NCBI GenBank assembly: GCA_963815115.1
Contig: CAWFFN010000007.1
Coordinates: 640,001-704,000 of the forward strand
DNA from: an uncultured delta proteobacterium
GTDB lineage: Bacteria; Desulfobacterota; Binatia; DP-6
DNA: 64,000 nt
Reading direction: 5' to 3'
Made by a program: the position numbers and the translations under genes. The notes below the pieces were generated by a model. It saw only the letters and a program-made list of their open reading frames with translations. It did no database searches and was not told where the DNA came from. The first letter of the stretch is position 1. Each line of letters starts with the position of its first letter. Shown piece by piece: positions 28,900-43,215 of the stretch.

Positions 28900-31800
28900 G
28901 TGGGCGTGAGCTCCGCCGCGTTGGGGGCTGTGGCCCTCCGCCTCGTCCTGCTTGCCGCACTCCTCCCCGCCGCGACCGCCGCGGCGGCGCCGGTCCCCTC
29001 TCTGACCACCACCGACCCCGGTGAGATCTTCCAAGGAACCGGGTTCACCTCGCAGGTCTGCCTCAAGAACTCCGGCTCCGCGGGATCGATCGGCTTCGAG
29101 CCCGAGCTCGGTCTCGTCCTTCCGCCGGGCGTCACCTTCGTCGGCGCGACGTTCCAGGGTCTCACCGTCCGGACGAACGCGATGGGAACATGCACCGACC
29201 CGGCAGGGTGCACGTTCACCGACCCCGCCTCCGGGACTCTCCGTCACGGTTGCGAACGGCGAGTCGGCGCTCTCGCTCAGCTACCCCGTCGGCTCGGTGG
29301 GGACCGACCTGATCCCGCTGTGCATGGACATGAGCTTCACGCTGGCCGGCTCGCCGACGACCAGCGTCGGCCAGCCGCTCCAGATCGGCGTGATCCCGAT
29401 CTTCACCCTCGGCGCCGACGCGATCGACAATCCGGAGACCGACCCCCCGATCACGGGCGGCAGGCAGGACCTCACCGTCATCCCGACCGTGCTTAAGCTG
29501 GAGAAGTCCCTCCCCGCGCCCGAGGGCGAGACCGCGACGGGGCCGAACTTCCCGCGCACCGTGTCGCTCCTGGTGCGGTTGCCCCGGGCGAGTCGGTGCA
29601 GAACGTGGTCGTCCAGGACGTCCTCCCGCCGACCCTGCAGTTCCAGGCGTTGACCGACGCGGCCGGATGCTCGCAGACCGAGGTCCCGAGCACCTCGGTG
29701 CCCGGGCGGCACCTTGACGCTCGGCTGCGGCACGGTGACCACCGACCGGACCATCACCTTCACCGTCTTCGTGCCCGACCTGGACGCCGGCGGGGTGCCG
29801 GTCCTGAGCCACGCGTCGCCGAGTGCCCGGCCGATCGTGAACGACTCCAAGGCATCGGCGACGTTCGACGACGATGCCAACCCGGCCACGCCGCCCGTGA
29901 CCATCAGCGACGACGCTGCGCCCACCGACGCCACGATCACGGCCAAGGCCGCACCGATCAGGAAGTCGGTCGGGATCGTCACCGACCAGGCGCCCCTCGG
30001 GCTCACCCCCGGCGATACCCTCGAGTACACGATCGTGCTCGACGTGTCGGACTTCTTCAGCCTCACCCAGCTCACGTTCACCGATGAGCTGGGCGACGGA
30101 CAGACCTTCGACTCGTCCTTCACGCCGACGTTCGACGTGCGCGAGAACGGCGTCACCACCAGCGGGAGCTTCGCCCTGGGCACGTCGTATGGCGTGGCCG
30201 CCAAGGACGCATCGGGCCAGACGGCCGTCACGCTCGACCTGTCGCGCGCCCTGACGGACGCGGGCCGGGACGCCATCCTCGCCGGGGACGCGAGCCGCCG
30301 ACGGCGCGATCGGCCAGGGCGCCACCACGGCCACCATCAAGTTCCGCGCCGTCGTCGATGCGGCGTTCACGCGGCCCCGTATCGGGGACGCCGGATCTCG
30401 ACGACGGCGATCCCATCGACAACTCGGTGAGCCTCACCACGCAGGTCGTGGGCGGCGGGCTGCTGTCGCCCGTGGACAGCAGCGACACGCAGATCCGGGT
30501 CGTGACGCCCCAGCCCTTCGTGAAGTCCGTCTATGCCTTCAACGGCAGCACGACGTTGCCGAGCCCGCTCCTGGTCGGAGCCGGCGACACGGTCACCTTC
30601 CGGCTGAAGGTCGACCTCTCGGCGACGACGTTCGAGATGCCCAGGCTGGTGGACTACCTGCCCCTGCCCCTGTTCGAGGCAACCGAGGTCGTCGGACTCG
30701 ATACCGTCAATGACATTCCGGCAGCGGGTCGATTTGGCCGGGGACCGGACGACACCCTGGTGCCGCAGCTTCCCAGCTTCACCTTCAACGTCGATCCGGC
30801 GCAGAACTCGTTGACCTTCACGCGCACCCGCGTTCACGCCGTCGGGTCCGGCCATACTCGACCTCCTCTTCACGGTCACTGCCACCACCGATCCCGTCGC
30901 CGATCGCCTCGACTTCCTGAACATCGCCACCGCGGATCGCACCAACAGCTTCGGCGAGCCGTTCACCGACACGTCAGCGGCGCCGGTCACGACCCGCGCG
31001 CCACAGCTCACCATCACCAAGGAGATCGTCGGCTCGACCAACGGCAGCTCCGGCGCTACCACGCCGCCGGCGGGATTCGACGCGGGCTGGCAGAACGCGG
31101 ACGGCGGCGATCAGATCACGTTCCGCCTGCACGTCGAGAACCACGGCAGCCGCGATGCGGTCGACGTCCGGCTACAGGACCGCTGGGCGCAGCAGGGCGC
31201 CGCGGGCCAGGGATACTCGTCCTGCACGATCGATTCGATCGCCGACGGCGCCGGCACGCCGCTCGCCTTCACCGGCGACCTCTTCGCCGGTACGCTCGCG
31301 CTCACCGATCCGCTGCCGGCGAACACCAATCAGACGCTCGACCCAGACGAGCAGGCGCTGATCACCTTCACCTGCACCGTCGACCCGCAGTTCTCGCCCG
31401 GGCAGCCGATCGACGACACGGCCCAGCTGACGAACTACGCGGCCATTGCCGGCGGTCCGAACTACGCCACCAACACGCTCCAGCTCGTCCGCAAGGCGCG
31501 GGTGAGCCTGCGCGGCGTCACCGGCATCACGAAGCAGATCACCGGCTCGTCGCTGCCGGGCTCGACGCCCAACAGCAACGTCAACAAGGGCGAGCAGCTC
31601 ACCTTCCAGATCGTGACGACCCTCTCGGAGGGGACGTATCCGGGATTCGCGCTCACCGACAGCACGACCACCATCCCGTCGCCGTTGACCTGCGGCAGCG
31701 GCGGAGTGGCGTGCAGCGCCAACGTGAGCGTCAACGGAACCACCGTCTCGGTGGCGTCCACGCCGCAGAGCACGTCCGGCACCATCACCTACACCTACAC

Positions 31801-34800
31801 GCAGCAGAAGACGGCGGCGGGCAGCAACACGGCGGCGGTGGCGGCGTCGAACGACCCGGGCGGCTCGGCGAGCACGAGCTGGACCCTGGACAATCCCAAT
31901 CCCACCATCGCGAAGACGCTCGCTCCGTCGTCGGTGCAGGCCGGTGACGTCGTCACCATCACGCTCCAGCTCGGGAACTCCGACAGCAACAACCCCATGT
32001 TCCAGTGCGTCGTCACCGACGTGCTGGACCCGAACGTCTGGGACCTCGCGAGCGTCACGGCGGGCACGACGCCCGCGGGCTACGCCTTCGCGTACAACCA
32101 GGGCTCGGGCACCGTCACCTACACGGCAAGCGATACCACGGCGGCCTGCCCCACGGGTACCGCCATCTTCACCGCCGCGATCCGGAGCGACGTCACCACC
32201 GGCTCCAACGCGCAGAACAGCGCGTCGATCCATGTGCGCACACTGCCCTCGAATCACCCGAACGAGGCGGCAGGTGGCGACGTCACCGCCACCTCGACCA
32301 AGCCCATCACCATCCTCTCCGCGACCTCGAAGGGGAAGATCATCACCGCCACGTCCGAGAGCAGCACCGATCCCGGCGACGCCTCGGTGGCCTCGACGCC
32401 GCCGGTGGCCATCGGCGAGGTGGTCACCTACAGCATCTCCTTCGGCTTCCCGCAGGGGGTGACCCGGAACGTCTTCCTGTCCGACCTGCTCCCGGCCGGG
32501 CCTCACCCTGGTCCCGGGAACGACCACGCTCGACCGCAGCGGAACGGACATCACGACCGCGGCGAATCCCGGGGGCATCAACGCCGGCACCCCCGGGAAC
32601 CCCCGTGCCGGTCAACGCCGTCGTGGCCGGCACAGCAGCTGACGCTCGCGCTCGGCGACGTCACCAAGGCCGTCGGGGGTGGCACCGGGCAGCTCACGCT
32701 CGCGCTCCAGGCCGTGGTGGCGAACGTCGCCTCCAACAACGCCGGCGCGACGCTCACCGACACGGCCAGCCTGAGCTTCACACCTCTCAGCGGTACCCGC
32801 CGTGACGGTGAACACGAACGCGGTCGCCGTCCGCGTCGCAGAACCCGTGGTCCGGGTCACGAAGGAAGCCGACCCGACGCCGGCGAGCGCTGGCGACCCG
32901 GTCACGTTCACGCTGGACATCACCAACGCGGCCTCGGGAGGCGCCGCGGCCTCCGCCTTCGACTGGACCTTCTCCGATCCGCTGCCCGCGCGGTACCTGT
33001 CGCCGGCCCTGGTCAGCGTGGACCCCGGCACGACCGGCGCGGTGGCCACGGCCGGCTTCACTGGCAACACGCTGAGCGGCACCATCGATCAGCTGGATCC
33101 GGGCGAGACGGTTCGCATCACCTACACCGCCTTCGTCGATCCCTCGGCAAACTTCGCCGAGACCATCACCAATACCGCCACGGCGAGGGCGACGAGCCTG
33201 CCGGGAGCCCGCGGCACCGCCAGCGCCACGCCCGGCGCGCCGGGCGCTCCGAACGGCGAGCGCGACGCCTCCGGCGGCGTCAACGACCTCACCGACGACG
33301 GCTCCGCCACCGTGACCGTCAGCCAGCCGGTGCTCGCGAAATCGCTCGAGCAACCACAAGCCTACTATGCCGTCGGCGAGATGCCGGTGTTCGGGCTCCA
33401 GATCGGCGCGCCGCGCGGCACCACGGACCGCATGGTGGTACGCGACGTCCTGCCGGCCGGGCTCACGTTCAAGGTCGGCTCGCTGCAGGCGCACCTGGCC
33501 GACCAGATCACGACGTCACGCGGCGTCCGCTTTCTCGACGAGAGCACGCCCGGCTTCGTCACGGTCTCGGGCAATACCCTGATCCTCGACTTCGGCACGG
33601 TGATCGCCACCCGGGCGGGCAACATCGACGTCACGTACACGACGACGGTCGACAACGTCATCGGCAACCAGGACGGGACGCTGCTGGCCAACGATGCGAC
33701 CCTCGCCTTCGCCGACCCGACGGATCCGGCCCGCGACATCACGGTGGCGCCCTCGCAGACGGCCGACCCCGTGCGCGTCGGGGAGCCCAACCTGTCGATG
33801 ACGAAGAAGGTCACCGCAGGCGCCACCGGCTCGCAGGCGGGCGACACGGTGTCGTTCGAGGTGACCGTCGCCAACGGCGGCAACACGACGGCGTTCCGGC
33901 TCGACTGGAGCGACACGCTGCCGGTCGGGGCGTCCGGGATCGCGAACGCGCAGCTCCGGACGCAGGGGGGAGACGTGTTCCTCAACGGCACCGGCACCTC
34001 GGTGACGTCGTCGAACCTGCACGTCAGGACGACCGCGCGCCCCGGCGACACGCTGGACCTCGCCTCCACGACCGCCGGGGATGCGGCCGACACCGTGCAG
34101 CTCGCGCCCGGAGCCTCCATCATCATCGACTTCGATTGCGTCCTCGAGAACACCGTGACGCCGGCCCAGGTGCTGAACAACGTCGCCACGGCATCGTATT
34201 CGAGCCTCGTGGACGGCGGCCGCGACGGCTCGAACGGCGGCGACGACGACACCGACGACCGGCTGAACAACTACAACGAAACGGGGGCGCGCCTCCGTCA
34301 CCGTGGCGTCGCCGGTGAACGTCCAGAAGACGGTGACGCCGACTCGCTACGCCGTGGGCGAGCTGGTGACGTTCACCCATCGGGTGGACGTCATCCAGGG
34401 GACCACGCCGAGCCTTGTCTTCACCGACGTGCTGCCGGCGGGTCTCACCTTCGTCAGCCAGGCCATTGCCGTCGGCAACCAGGGCATGACGCTCGGCAAC
34501 CCGACCTACAACACCCGCCTGGGAACCGGGCAGACGGTCAGCTTCGATCTGGGGGACGTCGGCAACCCGAGCAACGGCATCACGACGGACGACTTCGTCG
34601 AGATCGACATCACGGCCCGCGTGGACAACGTGGCGGCGAACCAGAACGGCACCGTCCTGCGCAACGGCGAGGCGGCGGACGGCTCGCAGGTCTTCGTCAC
34701 CTTCAACGGCGGGACCCGTGTCGACTTCGACGCCGATCCTGCGACACCGGGGGCGCAGGGCCGGCCGATCGACGTGGTGGAGCCCGTGCTCGGGGTCACG

Positions 34801-37800
34801 AAGACGGCGTCGCCCACGGACCCGGCACTCGGCAAGCTCGTCACCTACACCGTCACGGTCCGCCATCTCGCCGCGAGCCGGGCCGACGCCTTCGACCTGG
34901 TCATGACCGACACGCTGCCCGTCGGGCTGCACTACGTGGACGGCTCGGCGACGCTGCCGCCGGCCGACGTCAGCGTCGCCGGGCAGACGCTCACGTTCCG
35001 CGCCGGCGGCCTGCCGCTGGCGCTCGGGGCAGCGAGCTTCACCTACCAGGCGACGGTCGATCCGAGCGCCGCGGTCGGAACGCCACTCAGCAACAACGCG
35101 CAGCTCGTGTGGTCGAGCACCCCGGAGGCCACCGGCGCGGCGGACAGCGGCCGCACCGGCCAGGACGGCGCGGGCGGGCTGAACGACTACGTTGCGAGCG
35201 CTGCGGCGCCGCTGACTCCGAGCGCCGCCACGCTGGTCGAGGCGACCAAGACGGTGCTGGACACCAACGGCGGCATGCTCGAGCCGGGGGACACGCTCGA
35301 GTACACGGTCGTCCTCGCCAGCCCGATCACCAATGTCACCGGCGTCGTCTTCCAGGATCCGGTGCCGCAGAACACGACGTACGTTCCGGGCACGCTCCAG
35401 TCGACCGCCGGCACGGTGGATGACAGCGGCGCCCCGCTGCTCCGGGTGGCCGTCGGCCCGATGGCGCCAGGCGCCGCGGTCACCATCACGTTCCGTGTCA
35501 CGGTCAACTCCGGGGTGGCTGCCGGGACGGTGATCGTCAACCAGGGCGTCGTCGATTCCGACGAGACGGTGCCGGAACCCACCGACGCGGACGGCGTCGA
35601 CGCGAATGGCGACCAGCCCACGACCATCGTGGTGGGTCCGGTAGTGCAGCCACAGAACCCGCTCTACGTTCAGAAGACCGTCCAGCTCTTCGCCGACCAG
35701 GACGGCAACGGCGTGGTCACCGCCGGCGACGAGCTGCGCTACACGCTGATCTTCTCCAACACGGGCACGACGACGCTCACCAACATCGCTCTCACCGACA
35801 CCATCCCGACCGGCCTCACCAGCACGGTGCCGCCGCAGACCACCATCACGGGAGGCGGCAACCGGATCAGGGTCATCGGCCAGTCGGTCGCGGTCACGAT
35901 CCCGTCGCTCAACGTGGGCGAGTTCGTCTCGGCGACCTTCCTGGTCAGGGTCGTGTCGCCGCTCGTGAACCTGGACGGCAACCCGAGCCAGGAGACGTTC
36001 ACCAACCAGGCGACGGCAACGGCCGACGGCGTGGGTCCCACTCTGAGCGACAGCAACGGTAGCCCTGTCGACGGCAACCAGCCGACGAGCATCGTCGCGG
36101 TGGCGGATGGGACGGTCCCGACGTCGCCGCTCATGGACGTCCAGAAGCGCGCCACCCTGGCGCTCGACCGCAACGCCGACGGCGTCGTCAATCCGGACGA
36201 CATCATCTTCTACACCATCATCATGCGGAACACCGGCGCGACCAGCGCGACCGACGTCCGGCTGAACGACCCGACGCCGAACGACACAACCGTCGTCCCC
36301 GGATCCGTCGTGACCAGCCAGGGCGTCGTGCTGAGCGAGAGCCCCGTCAGCGTGAACCTGGGCACGCTCGCTCCCGGCGCCGCGGCCACCGTCTCGTATC
36401 TCGCCAGCGTGAACCCCGGCACGTCCGACGGCACCATCCTGGCGAACCAGGCCGTCGCGACTGGCAGCAACTTCCCGTCCGAGCCGAGCGACGACAACGG
36501 CAACCCGGCGGACGGCAAGAACCCGACCCTGGTGCCGGTCGGCTTCACGGAAGCGCGCACGAAAGGGGTGAGCAAGACGCTGCAGGCGACCAGCGAGCTG
36601 GAGAGCCCCGGCGCCAGCGTCGTCATCGGGGAGGTGGAGACCTTCCGCATCACCTTCGATGTCGCGCCGGCCACCTCGCGCCAGATCGCCATCCACGACG
36701 TCCTGCCGGCCGGGCTCTCGTACGTTCCCGGCACGGCCATGCTGGCGCGCCAGTTCACCATCGGGCTGACGGCCTCGCAGAATCCGGGCGGGATCAACGC
36801 GGCCGCGTCGGGTACGTTCGTGGCGCTCGCCGACGGCAGCGACGTCACGCTGAACGGTCAGGAGATTCAGGTCTTCCTGGGCGACGTGATCAGCTCGGAC
36901 CCGGCCCAGGCAGGCACCGGCTTCGCCCTGGAGCTGCAGGCGGTCGTTCTCAACACGGGCGGCAACCAGGCCGGCACGCCTCTGGTGAACCAGAGCACCG
37001 TCAGCTTCGTCGACCGACTACAGCAGGCCGTCACCACGGCGCCCGCCCTGCAGCCGAGCGTCGTCACCGAGCCCAACGTCCAGCTCGTCAAGACGGCGGA
37101 GCCCTTGAGCCTGCTGACGACGGGTGGAACGGTCACCTTCACGGTCACGGTGACGAACGTCGGCGGCCCGTTCGTCTCGGCCGGGTACGACGTCCAGATC
37201 ACCGACACCCCAGCCGTCCCCTATGGCGGATTGACGGTGGTGTCCGTCACCCCGAACGCCCAGGCCGAGGGCGTGACCGACGCGAGCACCACCCAGATGC
37301 TCGACGTCTCGGTCGATCTCCTGCGGCCGGGCGGCCAGGTCGTCATCGTCTACCGGGCGTCGGTGCCGCCGCTGGCCGCGGGCACACGGCTGCCGAACAC
37401 CGCGGTGGCGACGTGGACCAGCGAGCCCGGCCCGCAGGGCACCGCCAACGCGACCCCCGGCGCGCCGGGGTCCGACACGGGCGAGCGGACCGGTGACGTC
37501 ACCGGAGCGAACGACTACCTGACGTCCGACATCGCCTCCGTCGTCGTGGGCGCCGTGAACATGACCAAGGCGATCGTCGCCCCCCAGGCGCGCTACTCGG
37601 TCGGCGACCCGGTCACCTATCAGGTCGACCTCGCGATCCCGGCGTTCGCGACGCTCACGAATGCGAGCGTGAGCGACGCGCTCGCCGCGGGGCTTGCGTA
37701 CCTGCCCGGCTCCCTGACGGTCGGCATGCCGCCCGACGTCATTCCCACGGCACCGCTCGGCGACTTCACCGTCACGACCGACGCGGCCGGCGCACAGACC

Positions 37801-40800
37801 TTGACCCTCGGCTTCGGCGCCCTCACCAACACCGCCAGCGCATCGCGGACCATCACGCTCACCTACACGGCCCTCGTCGCCAACGTGCTCACGAACCAGG
37901 ATGGCCACGTCCTGATGAACCAGGCGACGTTCTTCTTCGACGATCCGGGCACGGGCCTTCCGACGTCGCAGGTCGCGGAGACCATGCTCACCGTCGGCGA
38001 GCCGCGGCTCGTTCTGAGCAAGGCCATCACCGGCCCTGCCGTCGGGCTGGATGCTGGTGACAGCGTCGCCTTCCGGGTCGACGTGTCGAACACCGGCACG
38101 ACGACGGCGTTCGACACGGTCATCGGAGATACCCTGCCGCCGGGTCTCGACCAGATCCAGGGGCTGGCCGTCCTGATGGTGACGGGCGGCGCCCAGTCCC
38201 CGGTGCTGACGAACGGCGGCACCAGCTGGTCGACGTCGGCGTTCGACATCCCCGCCGGCGGCGCGGTGGCCATCATCTTCACGGCCCGCCTCTCCTCCGC
38301 CGTGACGCCGGGCGAGCAGCTCCAGAACGCCGTCGCTGCCACCTACACGAGCCGCAACGGCGACGACCCGAACGAGCGCGACGGGTCCACGCCGGGCTCC
38401 GACCAGGGCGACGACACGGCGCTCGACAACTACAACACGACGGCGATGGCCCCGACCATCACCGTCTCCGACCCGATCGGGCTCGACAAGCGCCTCTTCC
38501 CCGACGCCGGCCGCACGTTCTTCACCATCGGCGACCAGGTGACCTACCGCCTCACGCTGTCCTTGATCGAGGGGACGGTGAACCAGGTGGTGGTCACCGA
38601 TACGCTCCCCGACGGCCTGGTCTTCACCGGCGCCACCGTCGGGCTGGGCAACATCGGCATCGCCACGAACTTCACGGCGGTGTCGCAGGTCGGGCAGGTG
38701 CTCACCTTCGACTTCGGCCAGGTGAGCAATCCGGCCGACGGCAGCACGAGCGACGACTTCATCGCCATCGACATCACCGCCCGCGTCGCCAACGTCGCCG
38801 GCAACCAGAACGGCACCGTCCTGGGGAACAATGCGAGCCTGAGCTTCCAGGAGACCGGCGGCTACGGTCGTGCGCGACTTCGACGCCGACACCGCCACGC
38901 CGGGCATCCAGCCACTGAACATCACGGTCGGCATCCCCGACCTGACGCTCATGAAGACGGCCGTGCCGGTCCAGGCATCGCTCGGCGACGTGGTGCAATA
39001 CACCGTCACGCTGGCACATACCCTCCAGAGCCGCGGCGAAGCCTTCGACATGGTCGTCGCCGACACGCTGCCTGCCGGACTCACCTACGTGCCAGGCTCG
39101 GCCGTCCCTCCGGGGATCGTATCCGGGCAGCAGCTCACCTGGACGGTGGCGGCGCTGACGCGGCTGCAGGGACGCACGAGCTTCACCTACCAGGCGCGGG
39201 TGGATCTCACCGCGGTGGTCGGGGTGCCGCTCACCAACACCGCCGTGGCGGGGTGGACCACGCAGCCGGGCGCGGACGCCGACGAGCGCACCGGTGCGGA
39301 CGGCCCGGGCGGCCTGAACGATCTCGTGACCCAGACCACGGCGTCTGGTCGTCCCGACCGAGAGCGCGTTCATCGATGCGGCAAAGACGGTCAGCGATCT
39401 GAACGGCGGCTCGGTCCTGCCGGGCGACACGCTCGAGTACACCGTCGTCCTGCGGAACCAGGGCGGCCCGGTGACGGGCGTCGTCTTCACCGACGCCGTG
39501 CCCGCGCTCACCACATACGTGCCCGGCTCGCTCGGCACCACGAAGGGCCGGGTCGACGACTCGCGCGCTCCGCAGCTCATCGTGGCGGTGGGCGACCTCG
39601 CCGCCGGCGAGAGCGTCTCGATCTCGTTCCGCGTCACGGTGGCCCCGGGGACCGCCTCCGGGTCGGTGATCTCGAACCAGGGCAGCGTGGACTCCGATCA
39701 GACGGTCCCCGAGCCGACCGACGCCGACGGCATCGACGCCAACGGGGATCAGCCCACCGACGTGATGGTGGGAGGCTCCGTGTCGCCCACGGGGGGCTCG
39801 CTGGACGCGCAGAAGCTGGTCGCGCTGCTGACCGACGCCGACACGAGCGGCGACGTCACGGCGGGAGACACGCTGCGCTACACCGTGATTCTCACCGCCG
39901 GTCCGACCACCCTCACCAACGTGTTCCTGAACGACACCATCCCCGCGGGCCTCACGGCGGTGGCGGACTCCGGGACCATCGTCGGCGGGACGGGAGGCAC
40001 GATCACGCTCAGCGGAAACGCGGTCAGTGCATCGCTGGCCATGCTGGCGGCCGGCGGCACGGCGGTGCTGACGTTCGATGCGACGGTCGACACGCCGCTG
40101 GCGAACCACGACGGCAATCCCGACACGGAGACGTTCACGAACCAGAGCATGATCGGCGCCGACGGCCTGCCGCCGGGGATGACCGACGCCGACGGCGACC
40201 CGTCCAACGGCAAGCAACCCACGCAGATCACCGCCGTGGCCGAGCCCGGTACGGGAACACCAGTCCTCGACGACGCCAAATCGGTCCAGCTCGTGACCGA
40301 TCTGGATGGCGACACGCTGGTCGATCCCGGCGACACGCTACGCTGGAGGATCACCGTCACCAACACCGGGTCGGCGATGGCGACGAACGTCATCCTGACC
40401 GACGAGGTGCCGGCGCACACGACCCTGGTGCCGGGATCCGTCGTCACGAGCCAGGGTGTCGTGTTCGGTACGAACCCGATCAAGGTGAACATCGGAACCC
40501 TGCCCCCCGGCGGCGTCGCCGTCGTCTCCTTCAACGTGAGCGTGAACCTCGACACCCCCGACCAGACGATCGTCGCGAACCAGGGCATCGTCAGCGGCGC
40601 CGGCATCGAGCCCGTGCCGACGGACAACGACGGCGACCCGACCAACGGCCGCCAGCCGACGACGGTGCTCGTACAGACCGATGCCGACCTGTCGATCACC
40701 AAGACGGCCAGCCCGAACCCCGCGGGGGTAGATGGGACGCTCACCTACACCCTGGCCGTCACCAACCACGGACCCGACGTCGCCCCCGCCGCCATGGTGA

Positions 40801-41909
40801 CGGATACGCTGCCGGCCTCGGTCGTGTTGCTCTCGGCGACCGCGTCGCCGGGTAGCTGCACCGGGACGACCGTGATCACCTGCGGGCTGGGCGACCTTCC
40901 GTCCGGTGCTTCGGCGACCATCGTCATCACCGTCCGGCCAACCGCTCCCGGCACGCTGCACAACGAGGCCACGACCACCAGCGGGAGGCCGGATCCGACG
41001 CCAAACGACAACCGCGCCGCCGTCGACACCACGGTCGAGGTGCTCACCGATCTCGCGATCACCAAGACCGTGTCGCCGCAGACGGCCATCGTCGGCGAGC
41101 ACGTCAGCTTCACGATCGTGGCGACCAATCACGGGCCGTCCGCGGCAACCAATGTCGTTGTCAGCGATCCGCTGCCGGCCGGCCTCACCTTCGTGTCGGC
41201 GACCCCCGATCACGGCTCGTGCGCCGCTGCCGGGAGCACCGTCACGTGCAACCTCGGCAACCTGCCGGCGGGCGCGACCGCCACCATCACCATCGAGGCC
41301 ACGCGGACCACCACGGACGCGATCGTCAATACCGCAACCCTGACCGGCGGGGAGAAGGATCCCGACGGCGGCAACAACACGTCCACCACCTCTCTCCTTC
41401 CGAGCCGCGGTGAGGACTGCGGCAACTGCGTGGACGATGACGGCAACGGGCAGGTCGACTCCGAGGACTCGGCCTGCTGCGAGCCCGAGCCCCTCACCGT
41501 CACGCAGGCGCAGTACCGCCCGGGACGGTCCACGCTGCGCGTGAAGGCGACGATGCCGGACGGGACGTTCGCGGGCGTCGATCCGCGGAAGGACACCATC
41601 CGGCTCCAGGTGCGTACCGACCAGGGCGAGACGGTCTGCTGCACGCTCCCGCCCGAGCAGTGGCAGCACCTCTTCCGCAAGTCGTACGGCTTCTTCGATC
41701 AGAAGATGACGGTCTGCCCGCCGATCCGGTGCGTGAAGCTCACGATGCCGAAGAAGGGCCCACCCCGGGCGACGATCATCGCCGGACGGGTGAAGCCCGG
41801 CAGCCAGCTCCTGTCCCCGCTCCAGATCACGATCAGCGCGGACGATCAGTGCGCGGCCGGGGCGGTGACGATCCAATCGAGCGCCCGCGGCCGACGGGCA
41901 AAGCCGTAG
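28900..41909 (+). CDS. Giant (~4300 aa) secreted DUF11/isopeptide-forming-domain repeat surface protein, split by about 12 frameshifts
   Basis: Signal peptide; many K....GD...Y...N Ig-like repeats continuing across frames; Asp-rich DxDGD loops; C-terminal CGNCVDDDGNGQVD motif. Confidence 0.85.
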
Positions 41910-41925
41910 AGGGACCGCTGATCGG

Positions 41926-43026
41926 TCAGCTCGCCTTGCGCTCGCGCCCTTCGCCGGCAGCGTGCAGCAAGCGCACGACGGCGCGTTCCACCCCGCGCCA
42001 CCCTCTGGTCGTCCGCTCGCTGCGGCGGGGCTCGGGCAGCGCCGTGCCGCGCTCGAAGGCCTCGATCACCAGCGGATGGATGTACGACCGCCGGCACACG
42101 GCACGCGTGTTTCGCAGGTCGCGTGCGACCGTCGCCACGGTCTCGAGCACGACCCGCTTGCGCTCCGCCGCGCTGGGCGGGATGGGCCGGGACGCGAGCA
42201 GCTGCGCGGCACGAACGGTTGCCGCCCACGTGCGGAAGTCCTTGGCGGAGATGTCCGCGCCGGTCACCTCGCGCAGGTACTCGTTCACATCGTCCGAGCC
42301 CACCCGCCGCACGGTGCCTTCCGGATCGAGGTACTGGAACAGCTCCTAGCCGGGAAGCTCCTGGCACGAACGCACGACCCGCGCGAGGCGACAGTCCGCG
42401 ACGTCCACCTCGTGCATGCGGCCACCCTTGCCCCGAAATCGCAGTCGGAATCCGGACGACTGGATCGTCGCATGGCGGTTGCGCAGCGTGGTCAGGCCGA
42501 AGCTGCCGTTGTGCCGCGTGTACTCGTCGTTGCCGATGCGGATCGACGTCGTTTCCAGCAGGCGCACGATGGTCGCCAGCACCTTCCGGCGGTCGAGGTC
42601 CGGACGGGCTATATCGGCGCGAACGCGCGCCCGCAGCGCCGGCAGGCCGCGCGCAAACGCGAGAAGCCGTCCGAACTTGTTCTCGTCGCGCTGGCGCCGC
42701 CACGCCTCGTGATACCGATACTGCTTCCGCCCCCGCGCATCGTAGCCGGTCGCCTGGATGTGACCGTCGGCGCGCTCGCAGATCCAGACTCGCTCCCAGG
42801 CGGGCGGGATCGCCAGCGCGCGGATGCGCTCGACGGCATGGGCATCCGCCGGGGACCCGTTGGCTCGAACGTAGCGGAACCCATTCCCCGCCCGGAGCCG
42901 GCGCATCCCCGGCGTCTCGTCCGTCACCCAGCGGAGGCCGGCGTCACGGGCGTCGGCGATTGCCGCGGACGTCGGCGATTGCCTCGCAGCCGTCAGGGCC
43001 TGAAGCGCCGCCATCCTCGAAGCCAT
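41926..43026 (-). pseudogene. Bacterial DNA topoisomerase IB with in-frame TAG at 42346-42348
   Basis: IPPAWERVWI, GRKQYRYH, RIGNDEY, FRGKGG, LPG*ELFQY, SAKDFRTW, NTRAVCRRSYIHP. Confidence 0.92.
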
Positions 43027-43069
43027 CGACCATTCTCCTGGGCAGCGCGATGCGCCGCGGCGCGTTTGA

Positions 43070-43084
43070 GCAGTAAGCGTGCCA
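43070..43084 (-). promoter_or_regulatory. Sigma-54 promoter upstream of topoisomerase IB
   Basis: Minus strand TGGCACGCTTACTGC, GG-N10-GC, ~45 bp upstream of the ATG with AGGAG RBS. Confidence 0.7.
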
Positions 43085-43215
43085 CCGCGACTCGCCCCGC
43101 TGCCGCCGACGTTCGGGCGGCGTCCGTCTGCGCCCCTCGGAGCGCGGGAGATCGAGGTTTTGTAGAAACGTCGCCGCCAACCGAGGCAGGACGGGCACCA
43201 GGTGAAGCGCCGAAT

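Noticed and set aside
28900-41909. Programmed phase variation of the giant gene
   Set aside because: Shifts are numerous and in short (3-5 nt) runs, not one long simple-sequence tract
42346-42348. Amber recoding or readthrough (in-frame TAG in TopIB and at 28289)
   Set aside because: TAG is the normal stop of several genes here (10453, 41909, 45529, 62607); no pyl genes or suppressor tRNA; point mutation or error is simpler
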